This document shows positions 13,051 to 28,548 of a DNA stretch of 64,000 bases, piece after piece; positions within the stretch are counted from its first letter, which is position 1, and each line of letters begins with the position of its first letter. A program made the position numbers and the translations under genes. A model generated the notes under the pieces. The model did not search any database. It had not been told where the DNA came from and worked only from the letters and a program-made list of their open reading frames with translations. Source of the DNA: Trichosphaerium sp. ATCC 40318 (taxonomy: Eukaryota > Protista > Tubulinea); contig JALMLS010000220.1 of NCBI GenBank assembly GCA_038496445.1, positions 150,223-214,222 on the forward strand, read 5' to 3'.

Positions 13051-14971
13051 ATGAGTAAAGGGAACAACGAACCAAAAGCTCACTCAGCGCACGAAAGACG
13101 CAAGAAGCTAATGAAAATACTTCATTTCGACACTACTAATCCTCCGAAACTTCATCAGAGATCGGACTCGTACGCAAATAGTCTTCAACTCGCCCAAACG
13201 CTTTCTTCGCATATTTTAAATCAAATACAAGACAATCATACACGTAAGGCTTCGAGAGAAACTCATATCGTTCTAAGCGCTCCATTATCAAAGTTTCTTA
13301 CTTCAAGCCGTAATATGTCATCAAGAAGATCATTCCTACATAAATCAACTCCATTTGTAAAATCTGCTCTTTTCGGCAATGCGTCAGCACGCCATGACGG
13401 AAAAGATATGAACTATTGGGACCAATACGTCAATCGTCATAATCAGCCGATAAAGGCACGTGTGGATTTTTTTTGTTTTTTTTTTTTTTGATGGATAGTT
13501 TTCTTTTGTTAACTCCTTTTTTTGGGTTTAGGATATTCGAGTTATGAGTACAATAAGAATATTGGTATCCATAAAATAGCTTTAAAACAAACAACGATTT
13601 TTTATTCGCTCTAACTATTTTTTTGTAGGCCATTGAGTGGCCTGCTGAAGGCAGAATATTACGTGGAAGGTTATATGAGCCTAAACATAAAAGCGATGAA
13701 AATGGTGTTCTGGTCATCGCATTTTCAGGATCTGGTGGTTCTTCTGAGACTCACCTAAAATCTATAGCCGTTGAGTATACTCTAATAGGTTGTAAGGTTA
13801 GATACGAAGCTGTGCATGGAAAATTATTTGAAAAAAATTGTATCACGTGATTTATTTTTATAAACTGTTGTATTCAGGTGCTTGCTCTTGATTACAGAGG
13901 ATTTGGTGCAAGCTCTTGTCCAAATTATAAGAAAGGATCTCTTTCAGGCAGTTCAAAATACGCCAAGCCAGGTGCGTATCCCCTTATTGTTATTAGGTTT
14001 TTTTTTTGAAGCTGCTAACTAGTTGTTTATCTGTAGGTGTTAAAAAACTACATTCAATTCACTTACTGCAAGACGGATTGGAGTTTTATAATTGTGCTAC
14101 TACTATAATAACCAACCACAAGAAGAAGGTAACCAACACCGGCAAATATTTGCTTAAATGTTGATTTTTTAAACAGGTGTACAAGCCAAAAAATATAATT
14201 ATTCATGGATATTCTCTGGGAGGTCCAATAGCTGCTTATACAGCGTGCAAAGCAGCAAAAAATGATGGGTTTGTACGTGGTCTAATACTAGACAGGATAA
14301 TGGCATCTGTGCACAAGGGCGTTGTTGCTAATGGTACGTACCTGTAAACAAACTTCGTGCTGTTTTGCTGTGACACTTTGGTTCCGGGTTTACAACGCTC
14401 AACTAAGAGGTTTAACTAATTGCACAGGGTTTCCATCATGGGGTGGCTCGCTAGCTTCGTTCACACATGGATCTCTCCACACAGAAGAATGGCTAAAAGA
14501 GCTACGGGAAGTTTATAAAACAATACCCCTTCTAGTCATAGCAGCTGGTCCACAAGATCCTCTAGCGGAAGGAGATAAGCGACTAGGTACGTATCATTAC
14601 TCTTCTACTACAATATCTCTTTCGAGCAATCACGGGTTTTTTTCAATGAAGTTCTTTTAAAAGTTTGACATTCTTGATTCATTCTTCTCATCTGTTTTAT
14701 AGGTTTATTCGCGGAGGTTTTGGGGTTTGATAATGCTAGAAGAGAAGTTGTAAAGGAGGCTGGACATAAAGACCATTATCTTGTTTTTCAAGGTGTTCTA
14801 AAAGTACTGAAACACTTGATCGAGAAACATACAGATAGATTTTCAAATAGACATGTATTATCAGCTTGGTGTGGATACCAGGGAAGGAGTCTAAGTCAAT
14901 CTGCAATATCAAGTGGTTCAAGTTGGCATGGGTGTGATGATGAAGAAAAGAGTAAAAGAGACTCAACTTAG
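13051..14971 (+). CDS. Alpha/beta hydrolase resembling the MARTX toxin ABH domain, multi-exon
   Basis: FSGSGGS, LALDYRGFGAS, nucleophile elbow NIIIHGYSLGGPIAA, GLILDRIMAS; candidate triad Asp (PQDPL) and His (AGHKD). Confidence 0.85.
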
Positions 14972-15725
14972 AACCAAACAATGAAAAACAATGTTGTATC
15001 TTAGTTTTTGTTTGAAGGGATGTGGGTTAGTAAATGTTAAACACATCACTATCAATCTACATAATGCCTGTCTTTTGTTTAAATGTTAAAATAGAAGTAG
15101 TAATTAAAAGTACTTTAACACGTGACATATGTTAATGTTGTAGATCAGTACTGAGTGATATCTCAAACGAACCCCAGCAAGGTTTCAAAAAATGTTAACT
15201 AAGTAGCTTTTTGCTGTACAGGGTGCTGACACTCAACTAAGCTTATGATGCTTTCCCTGGACATATGATACATGCGATCCAAACACCAAGTACATGTTCT
15301 CAAACTTGGGAAAGACAGATAGCAAATCGAAGAGTTCTATAAACCAAGCAAAAATTATTTTGGTACAAAAACCATATGTTTTTATTCGTTAAGTAATTGT
15401 AACCATATTACTGATGAATGTATTGAAGCGTTGACTCCACATCAATACTGTCAAGTTGTGGCTGTATTATTAACCTTGTGTTGCAGTACTCTTTTGGTGT
15501 ATGTGCATTAATAGACAAAAATATGTTATGAAAAGTTGTACAAAATGTTAGATTCTTATCTGAAACAATAACTGACAAAAAAACACGTGCAATTTTTTTA
15601 TGCGCATAACTGAAAGCGTTTATTGTACAAGTATATTTTCACAAGAAGTTTTTTTTACACAAGGTATTTAGGTAACTTTTTTTTTTATCGGAAGTTACAA
15701 AAAAATCGAATAATCAGTACTAACT

Positions 15726-18608
<2,883 letters not shown>

Positions 18609-18767
18609 AGATTGTAATTACTAATTTATTACACTCGATCAGTAATACGTCGATGTGTAAATAAACACCCAAGAGCTGTTACGATCGACTTTTGAATAAA
18701 TTTGGACTCCACAAAACCAAATAAGGCAATATTTTACTATTCTACAAAAAACTATTTCTTTACAAAC

Positions 18768-19733
18768 TTATGAAGCTTCTCCAGCAGCCCTCAATGATAT
18801 CAAGTCCACCTTCGTAGGCACACTAGTGGCGCCAAGGAAAAAGTCGTAGATTACATGATGTTCAATATTCAATGCCGCCTCCTGCAGCTCGTCCAGGAAC
18901 TTGTACCCATCAACTAACGATCTGACTGTTGCAATAGGTACTACAAGCGTTGCATCGTCTGGGTTAATGATCGCAACACGCAATTCATAGGCTGTCAGCA
19001 TCGTTTGACGTTTTTGAAGGACGAAGATATTTTTCCATGTTTTGACCTCGTCTACCCATTTGTATAGCGTCTGGCTCCCTACTCGTTGCCTCTCCCGTAG
19101 TTTAAGTGTTGAAGGCTTGAAATTAAACCAGGATGACACTTTTGTTTCGAATACAGCGCTTGGCATCTTGTCTTCTACTACAACTTCGCATTTGCCTTCG
19201 GTTACTGATTCACATAAATCCGTCCATTCTTTTGTTGTAATATCATCCAGAGGGTGTATTTCGTACTCTTTTTTATTCTTTTTGGGCGTCAGGAAAGCGT
19301 AAATTATTTTTCCCGTATTTAAAGTACAGCGGACCAAGAATACAGAGAGGATGGTTGGAACAACTACTGGTGTTACTGCGCACGCTGCTGTCCCAATAGT
19401 GACGGCGGTTGGTACGACAGTTGCGGTGAGGGTTGTAGTAGCTGAGGCACCAACCACACCTACCAATGCTGACGCAACTAGTTTTCCAACGCCATTTAAT
19501 AGTGTTGCGCCTACAGGACTGCTCATAACTCGAGCTACAAGCACTGTCCACACCCATAGCGTCAAAGCCGTTTTTTCTGAGCCGCTAGCTTTGTGTAAAT
19601 TGAGTTCCTTCGATACTCCAGTAATTTCCCCAGCAGCTGATGCGCACGCGTGTGTGAGGGTTACAGGAACAAGCGTTGTTCCTATAGTAACCCAAACAAC
19701 ATCGCCGACCGCTGCGGGTAAAGCAAGGGCCAT
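18768..19733 (-). CDS. Intronless hypothetical protein, 321 aa, hydrophobic A/V/T/G-rich N-terminal half
   Basis: Long uninterrupted ORF in an intron-rich genome; no family recognised. Confidence 0.7.
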   Translation of the reverse strand: MALALPAAVGDVVWVTIGTTLVPVTLTHACASAAGEITGVSKELNLHKASGSEKTALTLWVWTVLVARVMSSPVGATLLNGVGKLVASALVGVVGASATTTLTATVVPTAVTIGTAACAVTPVVVPTILSVFLVRCTLNTGKIIYAFLTPKKNKKEYEIHPLDDITTKEWTDLCESVTEGKCEVVVEDKMPSAVFETKVSSWFNFKPSTLKLRERQRVGSQTLYKWVDEVKTWKNIFVLQKRQTMLTAYELRVAIINPDDATLVVPIATVRSLVDGYKFLDELQEAALNIEHHVIYDFFLGATSVPTKVDLISLRAAGEAS

Positions 19734-19963
19734 AATTCAATAGTTTTCTTCCGAAACGCTTTGTTTGGTAGAATTGCAGTTTAGTTGACTTGACCAACCA
19801 AGTTTTAGGTCACCCTAGTAATATTAGACATACAAAAGGTACGTACTCCGTAAGGCTCAAACGTACTCCGAGCACTTTGTAAGGCGTTTAGCTAAACAAT
19901 GATCGCCTTTTACATTTCTTGTGTTTTTTATTCGTACCAACATAACTGTAGTACGCAATCGCT

Positions 19964-21589
19964 ATGACATCACTTCTCCTGGACGCTCTCCCGGTAGAGA
20001 TTCTAACGATGATCATTGACAATGACGTTGAGAGCTATATTAAATGGCCTGTACTTTGTCGCTACACCGCTTTAACGCGTTTCGATGACTCATTTCGCAA
20101 ATGCGGCGTGTTTAAAACAGCTTGGCGTTCTGGAAGTCTTCGTAAACGTTTTAGCTTCAAAGACGGTAAGCCAGATGGACTTTGCATTTCGTGGTTCGAT
20201 GGCGGTAACGTTTCCGAGCGCGTACTTTACAAAAATGGCCAAAAACACGGGGAGAGTACTCAGTGGTCCAGAACCGGTCAGATGCTTAAACAGGGCTCCT
20301 ACTGTAACGGAAAGCTGCACGGGGACAGTAAAACGTGGACAGTGGAAGGTAAATTAGAGTCAGAAGGAAAATACGAAAACGGTTTGTGTCTCGAGTATTT
20401 GGACACTAAAAAGGGAAGGTTAACAAAGAAATCGTATAAGAACAGCGAACTAGAAAAACGAGTCATCTTTGACGCGAAAACGAACAAAAAATTGTATGAA
20501 CGTACACGTGTTGGCAGTGATTTATTCCAATCTATTAAATATGATAGCGATGGTTTTGTTGTTCGTAAATATACTGAAACAGGGCAAGGTAAGTTTGAAG
20601 GAAAGTATGAAGAGTGGTATACAAAAGATTCCCCGAAAGAACAATTTTTCTATGTTGATGGAAGGAAAGAAGGCGAGTGTAAGGAGTGGTACACAAATGG
20701 ACAAATGAAACTGTTGTTTGGTTGGTCAAACGAGAAATTTGATGGTAGATACGAGTCGTGGTTTATCAATGGTCAACGTAATATTAAAACAACCTACAGC
20801 AACAACAAAAAAGATGGGGAGTATAAACAGTGGTTTGAAGATACCGGAAAATTACAAGAACATAGTTTCTACAAAGACGATAACCTTCATGGTAATTTCA
20901 AGACATGGTACCATAACGGACAAATAAGGAGGAGTTGTTTCTATGTAAATAATTGTCTGGAAGGAGAGGATATTGAATGGCATGATAATGGTATTATTTA
21001 CTCGAAAGGTTTTTCTAAAAATAGGTTAAGAAAAGGAAGATTGATAACTCAATACAGGGATGGTTCTCTCACACAAGAAGAGTTTTATGACGACAACGGG
21101 AGAATTACAGGAGAAAAGAAACGCTGGCATAACAATGGCAAATTAGCTAGTAAGACATTGTACAAGGATGGTGATGCTGTTGGAAAAGTGGTAAGTTGGT
21201 ATGATAACGGACAAGTACAATGTGTTGAATGTTATTCTGATGGTGAGCTAAACGGGTTATTCCAGAGCTATTACAGCGATGGACAGAAATCATGTGAGAT
21301 TTTTTATCATAACGGAACAAGAGGGTGTGTTACACGTTGGTATCCTGACGGTACTATAAAGCATAAAACTTTTAATAGTATAGAATGTATCGATACAAGC
21401 GGAAAAAATGGACCAAAGTATTGTGATGCATGTGAAGAAGTTGAATGTAAAGAGTATCATCAGAATGGCAAAGTGAAGATGGAATACGTTTATTTTAGAG
21501 GGTATAAGAAGAAAGGGAGTATTGTAAGTGAGTATGACGCTGATGGATCATTAATAAGCAAGCAAACTTGGAGATACAGCAATCGTTAA
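19964..21589 (+). CDS. F-box + MORN-variant (YwqK-like) repeat protein
   Basis: N-terminal LLDALPVEILTMII (F-box-like) followed by many GxxxxWYxNGQ repeats; intron-free CDS; probable 5'UTR intron at 19839-19951 (GTACGT...CTGTAG). Confidence 0.85.
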   Translation: MTSLLLDALPVEILTMIIDNDVESYIKWPVLCRYTALTRFDDSFRKCGVFKTAWRSGSLRKRFSFKDGKPDGLCISWFDGGNVSERVLYKNGQKHGESTQWSRTGQMLKQGSYCNGKLHGDSKTWTVEGKLESEGKYENGLCLEYLDTKKGRLTKKSYKNSELEKRVIFDAKTNKKLYERTRVGSDLFQSIKYDSDGFVVRKYTETGQGKFEGKYEEWYTKDSPKEQFFYVDGRKEGECKEWYTNGQMKLLFGWSNEKFDGRYESWFINGQRNIKTTYSNNKKDGEYKQWFEDTGKLQEHSFYKDDNLHGNFKTWYHNGQIRRSCFYVNNCLEGEDIEWHDNGIIYSKGFSKNRLRKGRLITQYRDGSLTQEEFYDDNGRITGEKKRWHNNGKLASKTLYKDGDAVGKVVSWYDNGQVQCVECYSDGELNGLFQSYYSDGQKSCEIFYHNGTRGCVTRWYPDGTIKHKTFNSIECIDTSGKNGPKYCDACEEVECKEYHQNGKVKMEYVYFRGYKKKGSIVSEYDADGSLISKQTWRYSNR

Positions 21590-22193
21590 CTTTTCACTGT
21601 AGACTCAAAAGCCGAAGTTTAAGTCAATTGTTTACACATTAATAAATTAGAATTCTACTGTTACAATGTAATGACCAACAATTGGATATCATTGTACAAC
21701 ATACTTTACTTTAATCATAACAACAGAAATTCAAAAACAATTATGAGACAATGCTTTGACCAGAGAGAGGGGGCAGGGATAATATATATACTACCCTAAA
21801 TTATATTATTTACTAAAACACTACAACTTTGTAAAAGACCACTCACGTTTGGTAGTAAACACGTGACTTTCTACTCTTACCATTACATTAATTAATCAAT
21901 ATTAATATTTCAATCAGATAGCTTGCTGAGTCTCAAAAGGGTTGCCTATACAACAACCCATCTTAAAAGACTAGATTTAGAATTAGCTAAAAATAGCATT
22001 ACTTCAACCCAAATTTTGTTTCATTTTATTGCCTCGTTTAGTAGCAGCAAAATAGCTACAAAGTCCAAAAGAAATATCTAACTCTTTATTGTGATACAGT
22101 GATTGGTATCATCACTAAGCGCTGACTTTAACTCATTTTTCACATTGGCAACGAAATCAGTGAAGCTGACACATACCATGAGACTTGCAGTAG

Positions 22194-23395
22194 CTAAAAA
22201 TCGCGCGACCAGTTACAGTCAGCATCATTGCAGTCTAGATAGTCAATCATTCTCTGTGTTATTTGAGTATTTATATAATGAATGTAGTCAATGCTTGTTA
22301 AATTCCTAACGCCATCATCAGTGATTTGTAAACATTGGTTTAAACATATTTCCTTAACACCAATAAGACTGCTCACTCCTTTGTCTGTTATGTTTCGACA
22401 TTCGCAGAGGCTAATGAATTTAACACCAACCAAGTATTGTAATCCTTTATCTGTCACAGATGTATGATCAAGCAAAATTGTATGTACTCCAGCAAGTGCC
22501 TTTAAAGTACTATCGTCAACACAATCAAGCTCTGAAATATCTATGACTTTTACACCTGCCAATAGTTTTATCCCGTCATTTGTTACTGATCTACAACCAC
22601 ACAAGTCAATCTGATGTACACCTGCCAAACATGACAGTGTGTCATCTTTCAGTTGTGAACAATTATACATATCTATACAAGGTATACCAGCCAGTAGTTT
22701 CAACACATTGTTTGATATCTGAGAGCAACTGTCAAGATTAATTTTTTTGATTTTGTTTGTTGTTTGATTTTGTGTTAACAGGTACTTTACTCCTTCGTCT
22801 GTAATTTTGCTACATTCACTAAATGATATTGCGCTTGCATTTGTTAGCGCTTTTACACTTTTATCTGTAATATCACATCCATCAAGCTGTATTTTGTGTA
22901 CACTACCTGAAATAGCAATAACACCTTTATCAGTGATGTATCCACAATATGATAAATTAATAGTATGTACTCCAGAGAGTGCTTCAAGACCTGCATCCGT
23001 TACATCTATTGTTGAAATATCAATTGTATGAATGCTACCAGATAGATTTTTAAAGTCATCATCAGCCATTGGAATATTGATAATAGTTATTTTGGTATTT
23101 TTTAAAAGAGGACTTCCGTTCAGCTTGAGTAGATTTTCTCTTGACCTGACATCCACCTTAAAATACCCCAAATGCTGTAAAATGATTGTAGAAAAGAGTT
23201 TACAAACAAATGTTGCAGATATACGGCATTTCTTGCCCAAGAACACCAGAATACAAAATATAATTTCCATTGGCAGATACAGTAATTCTAATGGCCTACG
23301 AATACTCATATTAGTACTACAAAAAGAGGCTACTAATTTGAGCAACAAACAGCTTAATTTATGGCGCACAATACGTACTCTGAAGATTGAAGCAT
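22194..23395 (-). CDS. F-box/LRR protein, paralogue A
   Basis: Micro exon 1 (MLQSSE, 23379-23395), intron 23296-23378, then LLYLPMEIIFCIL F-box and about 13 cysteine-type LRRs (GVHTINLSYC..ITDKG). Confidence 0.9.
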
Positions 23396-23402
23396 CGCTT
23401 TA

Positions 23403-23559
23403 GCTGCAAATGTTGTTCAAGGTCGTGATTTCTACAAACACAACCAAAACGGCTTTCATAGAATACGACAAAACTGTCAGGAATGGTTTTGAACTAACGA
23501 TAATCTGGTCAACTCCAGTGTGAACATAATTCAGACCTACCTTGAACAACATTTACAGC
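23403..23559. repeat. 21-bp inverted repeat pair enclosing the proximal upstream region of paralogue A
   Basis: gctgcaaatgttgttcaaggt (23403-23423) versus accttgaacaacatttacagc (23539-23559), one mismatch. Confidence 0.9.
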
Positions 23560-23943
23560 AATCACGTGATTTCCTACAACAATGCTGTAAAAGAGGTTTC
23601 GCCATTAGACTGTGTTATTTTTCAAAACGAACAGGCTACTTCAATATTTAAACCCATTCTTTGTAGTGCCCTGTACTTACACGTTAACAATGGGCTGTAA
23701 CAAAAATTGGTTCGTGAACAGCTAGCCTTAAAGTAGTTTAGTGTTCTTATAACATTCGTACATTCTCGGTAACATGAGAGATCAGTACGTAATGATAAAC
23801 ATCGAAATAATTTGTTTAAGAGACATAAACAAAGTTTGTTCCGATATACAGGTAACATCAAAATGATTGTTATAACGCTGGCAGTAGCTGAATGTAGTTG
23901 TAATTTTATTTATCTCGACAAAAAACAAAACAAATAATACGTG

Positions 23944-26900
23944 CTACCATTGCTTATTACTTCTTCTTCGCTTGGAGTTGTTATTATACCTTTGTAAAAA
24001 AAAAATTAACAAGTGAAACGAATGGAAAAGAAAGACAATAACAACACATACGATCCTCCTGAATACCTCCTTCTCTTATGGCTTCTGCGTGTATCAGATG
24101 ACTGAGGTTTAATATAACTACCATCACTCTGAAGACCACTACGTCTTGTAGGTGGACTTCTTTCTCTACCACTTGAGCGCCTCTCAACAACGATTTCTCT
24201 CTTCCCAGTATTTCCACGTCCACTTCTGGAACTCTCTCTAGAGTCTCCGTTAGACCCACCATGAGATTGATCCTCTTTATCGCGCATCGTCAGGCTTATC
24301 CTCCCTGCAAACAAATTAGCATGAAATTTTCATCTCGATTTTTTTTTCTCAAAACTCTCACCTCTTTGTATCTTTGTAACACGCACAGATAATATCTGTC
24401 CAATCTTTAAAACATCACATACATTATCACAATTAGGTTTAACTTGAGAATGATGAAGTAAGCCATCCTGACCAACGCCAATATCACAAAAAGCACCAAA
24501 ATCAGTCAAGTTAGTTACTTTTGCTTCAACAACAGCATCAACAGCCAAGTCTTCAACTTTTTTGATTTTCTTTCTAAAAATCGTCTTTGGAAAGTCAACA
24601 CGTAGGTCCTCTTCATATCCACTAAGTGCTTTTATCATATGAGCAAAAGTTAAAAGTCCAACATTGTTCTCTGTAGCCCATTTTACTTCTTTCGCCATGT
24701 TTATATTTTTTAGTTTTTCTAACATTTCTCTTCGTTCCTTTGAACCTTCCTCAAATAGTACTGGTTCATACTTACCCATAAGATGTTCTAAAAAAGACTC
24801 AACCTTGTTGTAAGATTCAGGGTGAATTCCAGTAGCATCTAAAGGATTTGAACCGTTTAGGATACGTAAGAAACCGCTTGCTTGTTGAAAAACTTTATCA
24901 TTTACTCCTGATACTTTTTTCAATTGTTCTCTATTCTTAAACTTTTTTATCTTATCTCTGTAGTCAACAATATCATCCGCTATGTCCTCAGTCATACCTA
25001 AAATAAAAAATCTAAGAACAAAAGAAGAACACACAAAAACACGTGACGAAGACGGTCAGACAACCAAAAAAAAAGAAAACAAAAACAATAAAAAAGAGCA
25101 ATACCAGAAATATGTTGAAGTAAACAAGCACTTGCTACGTTCAGGTTGGCACCAACATCATTAACACATTGTACAACAACATCATGAGAAGCTTCCTTAA
25201 GTGTCTCTTGGTCAACATCATGTTGATACATACCAACACCACAAGACTCAGGTGGAATCTTAACCTACAAGAAAACAACATCAACAATAAAACAATACTT
25301 TACCACACTTTATCAAAAAAACAAGCGTACGCACCAACTCACTAAGAGGATCTTGAAGTCTTCTTGCAATAGAAATTGCACCTCTGTAACTTATGTCAAT
25401 ATGTGGAAACTCCTCTTGCGCAATCATACCAGCGGAGTACACTACATAACTCGTTGAATATTTTGACTCTCAAGAGAGAGCAGAACGCTAAAAATACATA
25501 CCAGAAGCTCCAGTTTCTGAAACGATTGCGTATTTTAACTTTCTACCCACAGATGTTTTTGCATCACGTATAGCATTACTTACAAATTCTTCTGTTTGTC
25601 TACAGCCCTGGCCATTTCCAATGGCTATAACATTCACATTATGCTAGAAATAGTACACATTAGACACCAGTTCTTAGTTCAAGCAAAAAAGCAGCAGGTT
25701 GAGAAAAGGAAAAAAACAAACTGAACGCTACCTTCATCGCAAGCTCTAACATCCATGTTGTAGCATATGTAGTATCACTCTTTGGCGGCAAAGGAAATAT
25801 TTTATCAAATCCTAAGAGTTTACCATGTTTATCGACAATGGCTAGCTTGCATCCATGCTTAAAACCTTAAACTAAAAGTTAAGTTGAAAAAATCAAAAAA
25901 AAACATCACCTGGATCTAAAGCAAGAACACATATATCGTGTACTGGTGGTGCTAATAGTATACTCCTTAAGTTTCTTCCAAAGACTGTAACAGCATGTGC
26001 TTCACTTGTAGACCGTAATTCTTTAAATACTTCTTTAGAAAACAAAGGATGAAGGTACTCCGTAAATGCAGTACTAACAGCATCTTTTAGAATTTTTGAT
26101 ATCTGAAAAAAATAAAAAAATAAGAACACAGCGAGCATTCGTTGTCATTGTCTAAATGACTTGTTACCTTTGTACATGATCTACCTCTTTTAAGTTTATC
26201 TACATAGTGTTTTTCAATACTTGTGAGAAGGATAGACTCGTTTACTGTCAAGGTTAAACTTAGTGCTTTCTCTTTTTCACTAAATACTTTAGTAATTGCT
26301 TAAACAAAGTTATGTGTTGTACCCTCTAAATAGTGCCAATGCTTGATGTGGTGCCACCTGATCTAATGATTTCTTCCACTTGAAGTATGCTTTGTAGTTT
26401 TGTGCTGTTCTTGATCGTTCATTACTACGCCTACTGCACAGTGTAGCTACATGCACTCAGTTCACAATGCCAACCTTACACTTTTGTTATCGTACCTGTA
26501 CCATAATATCTACGTAACTCCTTCTTAAGATAAGTAGAAGATGCTATTGTCTCAGCTAGTATCATCACTACACCGTCCATGATATATCCATCCCTAGTAT
26601 CTTTTCCAAAATCGGACAGAGCTTTATCAAATTCTTCATCTGATATTGTTGTAGTGTTCCACAACATCTAATTCATGAACCTGAATAATCACGTGACAAA
26701 ATATAAAAAACTATACCTCTGCGAGTTTGTCACAACCTTTTTCTCTAGCAGCAGAAGCCTTAGTTTGTGTCTATAAACAGTTAGAAATGACTTTGTTTCA
26801 AGTTCGTAAAACCATGTTGAAAGGAGCAATAATATCCTCCAATTCATTCATATTCCACGTATTCGCAATTTCCATGCGTAAATCAGGTGTCAGAAGCTGT

Positions 26901-27213
26901 TTGCGGTCTAGTTTTGACGTTATCTCTAGTTTTCTGTTTCTAATTGTTGCAAAGTGGTTCCATGAGCGTAGTATGCTCTGAATATCTGCTGGGGCGAGCC
27001 CTTGCGTTTCTTCTTTTCTGTATCGCGCAATAAACGGAACTGTGCATTTTTCATCAACCTTGGACGCGTTACCATTGCATAAAACGGACTTTTAACGATT
27101 TTTACCAGCAATTTTAACGTATTTTCAATTTGCGTGCTTGTATACGACGGTAGGGCGTTATCAATTAATTCTACAACAGCCCCAATGCTATTGTCGCCTC
27201 TGATTGCTGTCAT
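23944..27213 (-). CDS. SRBD1: Tex-family / SRBD1 S1-domain RNA-binding protein
   Basis: [68 protein letters not shown]; S1 motif [16 protein letters not shown]; R/S-rich tail. Confidence 0.92.
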
Positions 27214-27451
27214 CCTGTAACGCGAGAACGTGCTACACCGTAGATGCAACGAAACGTACTGGCGAGGGTGTATTTTTGCTGAGCAGCTTTTGTTGATGGT
27301 CAATTGTTGGTAAAGGCAATGTAGCCTACTAAGGCTTGAACAAGGTCAGTACAGCGTGAGTACAAAGAGTAGCAGGGTGTCATTTAAAATCACGTGCTTT
27401 ATTAAAAAAAGACGTTAAGGCGACATGTACAAGCGATATTATGACTGGATA

Positions 27452-28324
27452 TTAATCCAATCGTTGTTTTGGAATCTCTCGTGTGCCAGAAAACAAAAAC
27501 ATGCTAATGCTAACTAAAAGTACCATACTACCTCCAAACAGAAGCTACATAGTGTTAATACGTATTCTTAAACCATAAAATACAACAAGAAGCTCGTGAA
27601 AGCTATGTTTGTGACGAAATAAAAAAATTATTTGAAAATTTTTTTTGTAACGTATAAATACTGTACCTTGGATGCAAGTCTCGAAAACCGTGCAAACGCA
27701 GCGTATTGCTCAAAAACAGCGCCTTTAGCGACGATAGCGTTCAATAAACCAGAAAAGCATAGAGAGTAAACTATGCACTTAGCCAAAAATATGAGGGTGT
27801 CCTATACGTGTTAGAGGGTAAGGCGTGGTTGCGGTTTAACCCAGTGGTGTAACGGTTACCCATGAATTATTATAATAATTTGAATGGTTCATTATTAGCG
27901 CTACGACGCGCACTAGAGTGGTTTTACGCTTACCTTACTATTTTCTGACAAGGTTAGGATTGGAATAACCATTGCTACTCCGAGACCAATTATCCATCCT
28001 ATTACGCTTGAAGTAAACGCCTGCAATGCGTTATTAGCCAATAAAACCAAAAAAATGTCGAAACTAAAGCGTACTGACTGCCAATGGTCGCGTGAGAACA
28101 TCTCACTTACATTTGAGAGGATGGAGTCCGTGTCGCCACTTTAATTGTTTAGATTGGACAACAAAAAATTCCGTACTTTTGAGGCGCAAGCAATAGCAAG
28201 AACAGCACTATACCTTCGAGTCCAGCGAATATAAGCTAAAAAATAAATTATTTTGTAAAAACGCCTTGCTTTTTCCCAAAAGAGTTACCGAAACGCTCGC
28301 ATGGTTCATCAAACTGCGTGTCAT
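27452..28324 (-). CDS. Small multi-pass membrane protein, unknown family
   Basis: Hand-spliced exons give hydrophobic helices (IGWIIGLGVAMVIPIL, IVYSLCFSGLLNAIV, LLFGGSMVLLVSISMFLF); 5' exon structure uncertain. Confidence 0.5.
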
Positions 28325-28548
28325 GCTACCAATGTTTTGTAATCACAGAAATAATTAAGTTATAATTCTTTTGAAACACAGTATTCTGTTACAGTTTCGC
28401 GTAAGCGCATTGCTGTATAGTTCAGGAGTATTCTGTGCTATGGTCATTCACAGTTTGACGCCTTGGACCGTTCATTTTAGCCGTTAATTTCAAGGCTTTT
28501 GGGCGGTAAAACCGTTCTATCCAAAAATTCAAAACTACACAACCACAC

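Noticed and set aside
19964-21589. Bacterial contamination or integrated viral segment
   Set aside because: Flanked by intron-rich host genes, probably has a 5'UTR intron, and no capsid, polymerase, integrase or terminal repeats are visible.
23296-23378. Signal-peptide-like N-termini MRHKLSCLLLKLV / MCHKLSCLLL in the ORF track for paralogues A and B
   Set aside because: They lie within a GTACGT...TAG intron whose position matches paralogue C; the real start is the upstream micro exon.
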